NCBI RefSeq assembly: GCF_002945325.1
Contig: NZ_CP026606.1
Location: 720,001 to 752,000, forward strand
Reading direction: 5' to 3'
Origin: Methanococcus maripaludis
GTDB lineage: Archaea; AGJL01; Methanococci; Methanococcales; Methanococcaceae
DNA: 32,000 bases
Shown: piece by piece, positions 26,108 to 32,000 of the stretch
Layout: each line of letters begins with the position of its first letter
Position numbering within the stretch: position 1 is the stretch's first letter
Notes under the pieces: model-generated
Databases searched by the model: none
Told to the model about the DNA's origin: nothing
The model's input: only the letters and a program-made list of their open reading frames with translations
Made by a program: the position numbers and the translations under genes

Positions 26108-28216
26108 ATGAACACGCTTGAAGGAATATTCAACCCAAAATCCGTTGCAGTAATTGGTGCATCAGAAATAGAAGGAAAAGTAGGACAGTCCGTAATGAAA
26201 AACTTGTTGAATTTTAAACAACACGGTGGAAAAGTATATCCTGTTAACAAAAAATACAACGAAGTATATGGAATTAAATGCTACGGTTCTGTTTTAGACA
26301 TTCCTGAAACTCCAGACCTTGTAATTATATCGATTCCTGCAGAATATGCAGTAGATGCTATGGAAGAATGTGGAAGAAAAGGAGTAAAAGCTGCAATAAT
26401 TATTACGGCAGGATTTGCAGAAACCAACAACCACGTGCTAGAAGACCGGTTAAAAGCAATTAGCGAACAGTATGGAATTAGAACAATCGGTCCAAACTGT
26501 CTTGGTGTGATAAATCTTCACAACCATTTAAACGCGTCATTCAGTAAAGAATTTTCAAAAATGGGAAATATTGCGTTTATATCGCAAAGTGGAGCGATCA
26601 TGACTGCACTTCTTGATATTGCAAATTATTATAACCTAGGATTTTCAAAAATCGTGAGTATGGGTAACAAAATCGATGTTCAAGAGTATGAATTATTAAA
26701 TTACCTTGAAAATGACCCTCACACGAAAGTTGTAGCGCTTTATATCGAAGGTTTAAAGGACGAAAAATTCATTAGTGCTGCTAAAAAAATCTCAAGGAAA
26801 AAACCAGTAATTGTTTTAAAAAGTGGAAAATCCGAAGAAGGTGCAAAAGCTGCTTCTTCACACACAGGAAGTCTTGCAGGAAACAACGCAGTATACGATG
26901 CAGCATTCAAAAAAAGTCGTGTATTTAATGTAGAAAGCTTTGAAGACCTCGTAAATCTTTTAAAAATATTTTCAGTACAACCCCCAATGAGATCCAAAAA
27001 ACTTGCTGTTGTAACAAACGCAGGCGGATTTGGTGTTTTGGCAGCAGATTCTGTTGAAAAATGTGGACTCGAACTTGCAGACTTTTCGGCGACAACTGTT
27101 TCTGAATTGAAAAAATATTTACCGGATACATCAGGTATTTCAAATCCATTGGATTTAATTGGGGATGCAGATGTCAATAGATACAAACACGCATTTGAGT
27201 TGGTTGAAAATGATCCAAACGTAGATGGATTACTCGCAATATTAACCCCTCAAGGAATGACTGATGCTCTTGGTGTTGCTAGAGAACTTGTAAAACTTAA
27301 AAACTACATGATATGTAAAAAAGATAAAATTCCAATTGTTGCCTCATTTGTTGGAGGAACTTCCGTATTAGAAGCAAGAAGCTACTTACAGGAAAAAGGA
27401 ATTCCTTCATTCATCTGCCCAGAACTTGCAGTTCACGCATTGGCTTGTTTATACAGACAAAGCCACCTCATGGACAAATACGACAGCCCTGAATACTTAA
27501 ATGAAATCAGAGCCGAAATTGCAGAAGCTAAAACTAAAAACCCTGAAAAAATTGATGAACTGCTTGCAAATGCAAATGAAAGCAACTCAAAAGAGTTTTT
27601 AAAATTGAATGGATTTGCAATCCCTGAAAAATTTGTTGCCACAACTAAAGAAGAAGCTAAAGAATACGCTGAAAATTTAGGAAAAGTAGTAATGAAAGTT
27701 GTTTCAGCAGATATTTTACACAAATCAGATGCAGGTTGTGTTATAATCGATCCTAGTGATGCATCTGAAGCATTTGAAACGATAATGAAAAATGGGGAAA
27801 AATATTTGTTTGATAGAAAAATCGATGGAATTATCGATGGTGTCTTAATCGAACAGTTTGTCACCGGAAAAGAAATTATTATTGGTGCTAAAAGAGATCC
27901 AGTATTTGGGCCTGTTGTTATGACTGGGCTTGGGGGAATATTCGTAGAAGTTTTAAAGGATGTTTCCTTTGGAATTACCCCGATAACAAAAGAATACGCT
28001 GGAGAAATACTTCACTCCCTAAAATCATATAAAATCTTAGAAGGAGTTAGAGGCGAAAAAAGAAGCGATATCGAATTCTTAAAAGAATTGATCGTTAGAG
28101 TTGGAGTTTTAATGGAAACTTATGATGAAATAAGTGAAATCGACATCAACCCTGCATTTATCAAAGAAGAAGGCCAAGGCGGATTCGTTGGAGATGCATT
28201 AATTATAACAAAATAA
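26108..28216 (+). CDS. acd: ADP-forming acetyl-CoA synthetase (fused alpha/beta; CoA-binding + succinyl-CoA-synthetase-like + ATP-grasp)
   Basis: Start at ATG 26108 after GAGGGA; the ORF-track start at 26042 adds an Ile/Tyr/Asn-rich peptide. FNPKSVAVIGAS, GPNCLG, SQSG and the phospho-His motif SSHTGSLAG are followed by a C-terminal ATP-grasp domain. Confidence 0.88.
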   Translation: MNTLEGIFNPKSVAVIGASEIEGKVGQSVMKNLLNFKQHGGKVYPVNKKYNEVYGIKCYGSVLDIPETPDLVIISIPAEYAVDAMEECGRKGVKAAIIITAGFAETNNHVLEDRLKAISEQYGIRTIGPNCLGVINLHNHLNASFSKEFSKMGNIAFISQSGAIMTALLDIANYYNLGFSKIVSMGNKIDVQEYELLNYLENDPHTKVVALYIEGLKDEKFISAAKKISRKKPVIVLKSGKSEEGAKAASSHTGSLAGNNAVYDAAFKKSRVFNVESFEDLVNLLKIFSVQPPMRSKKLAVVTNAGGFGVLAADSVEKCGLELADFSATTVSELKKYLPDTSGISNPLDLIGDADVNRYKHAFELVENDPNVDGLLAILTPQGMTDALGVARELVKLKNYMICKKDKIPIVASFVGGTSVLEARSYLQEKGIPSFICPELAVHALACLYRQSHLMDKYDSPEYLNEIRAEIAEAKTKNPEKIDELLANANESNSKEFLKLNGFAIPEKFVATTKEEAKEYAENLGKVVMKVVSADILHKSDAGCVIIDPSDASEAFETIMKNGEKYLFDRKIDGIIDGVLIEQFVTGKEIIIGAKRDPVFGPVVMTGLGGIFVEVLKDVSFGITPITKEYAGEILHSLKSYKILEGVRGEKRSDIEFLKELIVRVGVLMETYDEISEIDINPAFIKEEGQGGFVGDALIITK

Positions 28217-28244
28217 TACAATAAAAAATAGAAAAAAATAAGGT

Positions 28245-28286
28245 ATGCTGTCTTTAATCCCTATTTAGGGTTCTTAAATTAACAGC
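28245..28286 (-). promoter_or_regulatory. Archaeal SECIS element (starts in the last two codons and extends into the 3' UTR of the HesB-like gene)
   Basis: Minus strand: 5'-UGCUGU UAA UUUAA GAA CCC UAAAUA GGG A UUAAA G ACAGCA-3'. The structure has a 6-bp basal helix, a 5-bp middle helix, a GAA/A asymmetric internal loop, a 3 G-C pair apical helix and a 6-nt loop. This is the Methanococcus SECIS architecture. Confidence 0.75.
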
Positions 28287-28575
28287 ATCCACCTGCTCCT
28301 TTTACTGCCAGGTATTTTCCGCTGAAAACGGATTTTTTAACGATGATATATACTTCGTTTAATACCTGTCTTGCCATTTTGTCGATAAAGATTCTAAACT
28401 CTTCATCGTAAATTTTTTCATCTGTTTCAAGGATTTTACTTGCTGTGTCAATCCCGAATTTAGGACCCCCTCAACCAAATCCTTCGAAAAACACGATCAA
28501 GTCTTTTGAACCCGTATCGCTTATTTTTTCGTTTATAAATTCCATTGCTTCTTCAGAAATTGTTACAGGGATCAT
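28278..28575 (-). CDS. HesB/IscA-like selenoprotein (in-frame UGA = Sec at 28472..28470), absent from the ORF track
   Basis: Own translation: (MIPVT)/ISEEAMEFINEKISDTGSKDLIVFFEGFGUGGPKFGIDTASKILETDEKIYDEEFRIFIDKMARQVLNEVYIIVKKSVFSGKYLAVKGAGGCC*. Sec sits where IscA has its first ligand Cys (GCSG). A C-terminal CC replaces the CGCG motif. AGGTGAT Shine-Dalgarno (28585..28579) precedes ATG 28575. That ATG is 1 nt out of frame with the body, so the span is not a multiple of 3. The first in-frame ATG is at 28544. Confidence 0.7.
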
Positions 28576-28596
28576 ACTATCACCTATCTGTACATG

Positions 28597-28621
28597 AATA
28601 TATTAGATTTTCTAATATATT
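28597..28621. promoter_or_regulatory. Perfect 11-bp-arm palindrome in the divergent hesB-like/psmA promoter region
   Basis: AATATATTAGA-TTT-TCTAATATATT, 22-46 nt upstream of ATG 28575. It contains TATA-like sequence on both strands. Confidence 0.4.
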
Positions 28622-28748
28622 AATATATAGCGGAAGTGTGTTTCGGAGGATAAAAAGATAGATATATATAAAAATTCAGCGAAAAGTAGTTATTATATCC
28701 GTTAATTTACAATTCATACTTATTAATTTAAATTTTGGAGGCAATTAT

Positions 28749-29528
28749 ATGCAACAAATGGTTCCAGCATCAGGATACGATAGAGCAATAACAATATTCA
28801 GCCCTGAAGGAAGACTTTATCAGGTTGAATATGCTAGAGAAGCAGTGAGACGAGGAACTACTGCTGTAGGAATTAAGTGTAAAGATGGAGTGGTTCTCGC
28901 AGTCGATAGGAGAATTACAAGTAAATTAATTGACGTTTCATCAATTGAAAAAATATTTCAAATCGACGACCATATTGTAGCTGCTACATCAGGTTTAGTT
29001 GCGGATGCAAGAGTTTTAATTGATAGAGCGAGAATCGAAGCTCAGATGAACAGGGTTTCTTATGGTGAAGCAATCACTGTTGAAGCACTTGCAAAAAAAA
29101 TCTGCGACATTAAACAGGCATACACTCAACACGGTGGTGCAAGACCATTTGGTTTAGCACTTTTAATTACTGGAATCGACAGACACAGTGCAAGACTGTT
29201 TGAAACTGACCCAAGTGGAGCTTTAATAGAATACAAAGCTACAGCAATTGGTTCTGGAAGGCCTATCGCAATGGAAGTTCTTGAATCAAAATACGACGAA
29301 AATATGACTGTTAGCGAAGGAATGGAATTAGCACTTTACGCTTTAAGTAAAACTACTGAAGAATTAAAGCCTGAAAATATTGATATGGCCATAATAAAAG
29401 ATTCTGGAAAATTAGTTGAAAAAATAAGTGTTAATGAAATTGAAAAAATCGTAAAAGCAGTTTACGAAAAAGTTAAGGCTGAAGAAGAGGAAGCTGAAAA
29501 AAATAAAGGCGAAGAAGATAGTGAATAA
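28749..29528 (+). CDS. psmA: Proteasome subunit alpha
   Basis: YDRAITIFSPEGRLYQVEYA is the alpha-subunit signature. GGAGG Shine-Dalgarno lies upstream. The protein has an acidic C-terminal tail. Confidence 0.95.
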   Translation: MQQMVPASGYDRAITIFSPEGRLYQVEYAREAVRRGTTAVGIKCKDGVVLAVDRRITSKLIDVSSIEKIFQIDDHIVAATSGLVADARVLIDRARIEAQMNRVSYGEAITVEALAKKICDIKQAYTQHGGARPFGLALLITGIDRHSARLFETDPSGALIEYKATAIGSGRPIAMEVLESKYDENMTVSEGMELALYALSKTTEELKPENIDMAIIKDSGKLVEKISVNEIEKIVKAVYEKVKAEEEEAEKNKGEEDSE

Positions 29529-29626
29529 GTTAAATTAAGATAAATTGAGAATAAATACCTGAAAAAACCCAAATTATGGTTTTATTTAATGCGGGGAAAG
29601 GTATATAAATAAAAGAAGGGATAGAT

Positions 29627-30331
29627 ATGGTGTCATTGGACAATGCTGTTATAGCAAGGCTTCAATCACATGGGGAAAAATTCGAAATACTCGTGGATCC
29701 ATACTTGGCAGCTAAATTTAAAGAAGGACAGCCAATAGGCATCTCAGAAATCTTGGCCGCTGAAACGGTTTACAAGGACTCTGGAAAAGGAGAAAAAGTT
29801 CCAGAAGACGTACTTTTGAAGATTTTTGAAACGTTAAATCCTTTGGAAATTGCAGAACAGATACTAAAAAAAGGAACTGTTCAATTAACAGCTAACCAGC
29901 GAAAAGAAATACAAGAACTAAAAAGAAAGCAGATCGTGTCGATAATTTCAAAAAACACGATAAACCCCCAGACTGATACACCTCACCCGCCTAAAAGGAT
30001 TGAAAACGCTATGGAAGAAGCTAGACTCAGTGTTGATATTTACAAAAGCGCTGAAGAACAAATTCCTAAGATTATTAAGGAATTGAGGAAACTTTTACCC
30101 ATTAAGTTTGAAAAAAGGGATGTTGCAGTCAAAATTCTTGGAGAATTCGCTGCAAATGCCTACCACACACTTCATGAATATGGCGCAACTAAACAGGAAG
30201 AATGGTTGGGCGATGGTTCGCTTGTTCTTGTAATCGAAATTCCGAGTGGTATTGAAAACGAATTTTACATGCATTTGAACAAACTTACAAAAGGAACTGT
30301 TCAAACTAAAGTACTTAAAAGATATGAATAA
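29627..30331 (+). CDS. SBDS-family ribosome maturation protein (Sdo1 orthologue)
   Basis: 234-aa ORF. The N-terminus ARLxxxGExFEILVDP and the standard archaeal position directly after psmA support the call. Confidence 0.85.
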   Translation: MVSLDNAVIARLQSHGEKFEILVDPYLAAKFKEGQPIGISEILAAETVYKDSGKGEKVPEDVLLKIFETLNPLEIAEQILKKGTVQLTANQRKEIQELKRKQIVSIISKNTINPQTDTPHPPKRIENAMEEARLSVDIYKSAEEQIPKIIKELRKLLPIKFEKRDVAVKILGEFAANAYHTLHEYGATKQEEWLGDGSLVLVIEIPSGIENEFYMHLNKLTKGTVQTKVLKRYE

Positions 30332-30360
30332 TCAATTTACGGATAGAAACAGGTGAAATA

Positions 30361-30651
30361 ATGGTAGAATTTAGCCACACTAAAAAAATTGGTTCAGCAG
30401 GAAGATTTGGATCAAGATACGGTAGAAAAATCAGAGTAAGATTAAGAGACGTTGAAATCAAACAAAACAAAGATTACAAATGCCCTGTTTGTGCATTCCC
30501 TAAATTAAAAAGAGCAGGAACCTCTATCTGGGTATGTGAAAAATGCGGTGCAAAAATCGCTGGTGGAGCATACACTCCTGAAACTGGTGCTGGTAAAGTT
30601 GTTACAAAAGCAATCAGAAGAGTTATTGAAAGTAAAAGTAGAGAAATCTAA
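30361..30651 (+). CDS. rpl37ae: 50S ribosomal protein L37Ae (eL43)
   Basis: GSAGRFGxRYG plus the CPxC...CxxCG zinc ribbon. AGGTGA Shine-Dalgarno lies upstream. Confidence 0.93.
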   Translation: MVEFSHTKKIGSAGRFGSRYGRKIRVRLRDVEIKQNKDYKCPVCAFPKLKRAGTSIWVCEKCGAKIAGGAYTPETGAGKVVTKAIRRVIESKSREI

Positions 30652-30705
30652 TTTAATTATTTTTAAACCATTTATTTTTCATTTTAAGCTTTTTTAGGTG
30701 ATATT

Positions 30706-30846
30706 ATGGCAGAGTACAGATGTTCCAACTGCGGAAAAATCGTAACTCTTGATGAAATAGGATTAAAAGCTAAATGCCCTCACTGTAGTAACAGAGTTTT
30801 GATAAAATTAAGACCTAAAATAGTTAAAAAAGTTCAGGCAAGATAA
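30706..30846 (+). CDS. rpoP: DNA-directed RNA polymerase subunit P (Rpo12), absent from the ORF track
   Basis: Own translation: MAEYRCSNCGKIVTLDEIGLKAKCPHCSNRVLIKLRPKIVKKVQAR (46 aa). It has a CxxC...CxxC zinc ribbon and AGGTGAT Shine-Dalgarno at 30696..30702. Its stop overlaps the next start as TAATG. Confidence 0.88.
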   Translation: MAEYRCSNCGKIVTLDEIGLKAKCPHCSNRVLIKLRPKIVKKVQAR

Positions 30847-31340
30847 TGATAATTACGACTTCCAGAAAACCTTCTCAAAGAACCAGAAGCCTTGTAAATG
30901 ATTTAGCGAGGGTTTTTAATTTTAAAATATTAAACCGAGGAAAAATTCCTCTCTCCGAGCTAATCGAAAATAAGGACGATATGATAATTGTAGAAGAACT
31001 AAAAGGAAACCCTGGAAGGCTCAAAATATTTAATTTTGAAAATAATAAAATTCTTTCTATGAACTTATCCTTAAAACTTCAACGGGAAGTTTCAGGAAAA
31101 GCATTTAAAAATTCTGGAAAACTGGGTTCAAAGTTTGATAAAAATACTGAACATTTAAAAGAATTCTTCTTTGAATACTTATTCAAAAAATTGAGTAATT
31201 ATAAGGAAGAGAATTCTGAAGTTGTAATTACCTTTAAAACGGTTGATGAGTCCACATTTTACATTGAAGTTCACAAAGGCTCAGAAAATATGGGTCCGAG
31301 TTTGAAAATAAAAACTGTAAAAATACTCGATATTGAATAG
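30846..31340 (+). CDS. Brix-domain (Imp4-like) ribosome biogenesis protein
   Basis: The N-terminus MIITTSRKPSxRTRSLxNDL is the archaeal Brix signature. The position after rpoP in the superoperon is conserved. Confidence 0.85.
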   Translation: MIITTSRKPSQRTRSLVNDLARVFNFKILNRGKIPLSELIENKDDMIIVEELKGNPGRLKIFNFENNKILSMNLSLKLQREVSGKAFKNSGKLGSKFDKNTEHLKEFFFEYLFKKLSNYKEENSEVVITFKTVDESTFYIEVHKGSENMGPSLKIKTVKILDIE

Positions 31341-31347
31341 TGTTATT

Positions 31348-31599
31348 ATGACATATCCCAAATTTACATTAAAATTGACTTTTGAAACTCCAAAAAAAGC
31401 CAGAATTATTTATGAATCTGTTTATCCAGAACATGTCGCATCGCAAGTTCGATCAAAGTGCAAAATGGACCTTTTTGAAAATTCAATTATTATTTCGTGC
31501 ATTTCTGACGAATTGAGTATCTTAAAAGCGTCTATTTATTCATATATTCGTTGGATAAAAGTTGCAGAAAGTATATATAAACTAACAGAAGATGAATAA
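31348..31599 (+). CDS. pcc1: KEOPS complex subunit Pcc1
   Basis: 83 aa from ATG 31348; the ORF track used TTG 31333. The C-terminal motif SYIRWIKVAES matches Pcc1 (NSYLRWIKAA in Pyrococcus as I recall). Confidence 0.7.
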   Translation: MTYPKFTLKLTFETPKKARIIYESVYPEHVASQVRSKCKMDLFENSIIISCISDELSILKASIYSYIRWIKVAESIYKLTEDE

Positions 31600-31656
31600 T
31601 AATTGGTAAATAAAATTAGTTTAAAAATAAATTAAACCTAAAAGAGGATTGAAATC

Positions 31657-31998
31657 ATGGAATTACCTGCAAACGTTCAAAATCAATTAATGCAATTCCA
31701 ACAACTCCAGCAGCAGTTACAAATGATAATGTACCAAAAACAGCAGTTTGAAACACAATTAAAGGAAATGGAAAAAGCTATTGAAGAAATGGAAAAATCT
31801 GATTCCGAAGAAGTATTTAAGATGGCTGGTGGAATCCTCGTTAAAAGAAACAAGGCTGAAGTAAAAGAAGAATTAAGTGAAAAGATAGAAACACTCCAGT
31901 TAAGAGTAACTACCTTTGAAAAACAAGAAGAAAAAATGCAGAAAAGATACACTGAATTACAAGAAAGCCTCCAAAAAGTAATGGGTCAGGGCCAATAA
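31657..31998 (+). CDS. pfdB: Prefoldin subunit beta
   Basis: 113-aa coiled-coil protein. [15 protein letters not shown] ... [11 protein letters not shown] is the GimC/prefoldin beta pattern. GAGGAT Shine-Dalgarno lies upstream. Confidence 0.9.
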   Translation: MELPANVQNQLMQFQQLQQQLQMIMYQKQQFETQLKEMEKAIEEMEKSDSEEVFKMAGGILVKRNKAEVKEELSEKIETLQLRVTTFEKQEEKMQKRYTELQESLQKVMGQGQ

Positions 31999-32000
31999 AT

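Noticed and set aside
1-32000. Over-extended 5' ends in the ORF track: 2212, 7401, 10408, 11084, 17983, 18419, 19043, 20727, 21864, 22301, 26042, 31333
   Set aside because: These extensions begin at TTG/GTG or SD-less ATG codons, often overlap the upstream gene, and add non-conserved peptides. An internal ATG with a GGTGA/GGAGG-type Shine-Dalgarno and a family-typical N-terminus exists in each case.
1-32000. Scan for tRNA, rRNA, CRISPR arrays, IS elements, integrases and prophage remnants
   Set aside because: No GC-rich cloverleaf-sized islands in the intergenic regions. No regularly spaced direct repeats with unique spacers. No transposase-, integrase- or Cas-like ORFs. The window is core chromosome.

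Overview
Strongly AT-rich archaeal chromosomal segment. The protein set points to a hydrogenotrophic methanogen of the genus Methanococcus (maripaludis/vannielii-like): an M. jannaschii-type TyrRS, ComA, beta-RFAP synthase, HypE, an L1-L10-L12 operon carrying the Methanococcus L1 mRNA operator, and a UGA-containing HesB-like gene with an archaeal SECIS. I call 39 protein-coding genes, mostly core housekeeping. These include three short genes absent from the supplied >=60-aa ORF track: RNA polymerase subunit P, a UGA-interrupted HesB/IscA-like selenoprotein, and a 31-aa Gln/Lys-rich micro-ORF. I see no tRNA, rRNA, CRISPR array or recognisable mobile element. Many ORF-track starts are over-extended, and I re-set them using Shine-Dalgarno matches to GGAGGTGAT. 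Items worth a second look: (1) the selenoprotein gene with its 3'-UTR SECIS and an apparent 1-nt frame break at codons 5/6. (2) A tightly packed comA-linked operon of an orphan ABC ATPase, a divergent HypB/UreG-like GTPase and an RnfB-type 4Fe-4S-domain protein. It sits between hypE and larC and is a candidate uncharacterised metallocofactor maturation or activation module. (3) A ~1 kb gene-poor island (17984-19051) with two tiny divergent genes, nested palindromes, reiterated TATA-like boxes and a 22/27 inverted repeat at its borders. (4) A very large secreted beta-helix/Ig-like protein with a ~230-aa hyper-acidic tail and no obvious anchor. (5) The psmA-SBDS-L37Ae-RpoP-Brix-Pcc1-PfdB superoperon with the exosome genes cleanly missing. 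All functional calls rest on my own reading of motifs; no database search was run.
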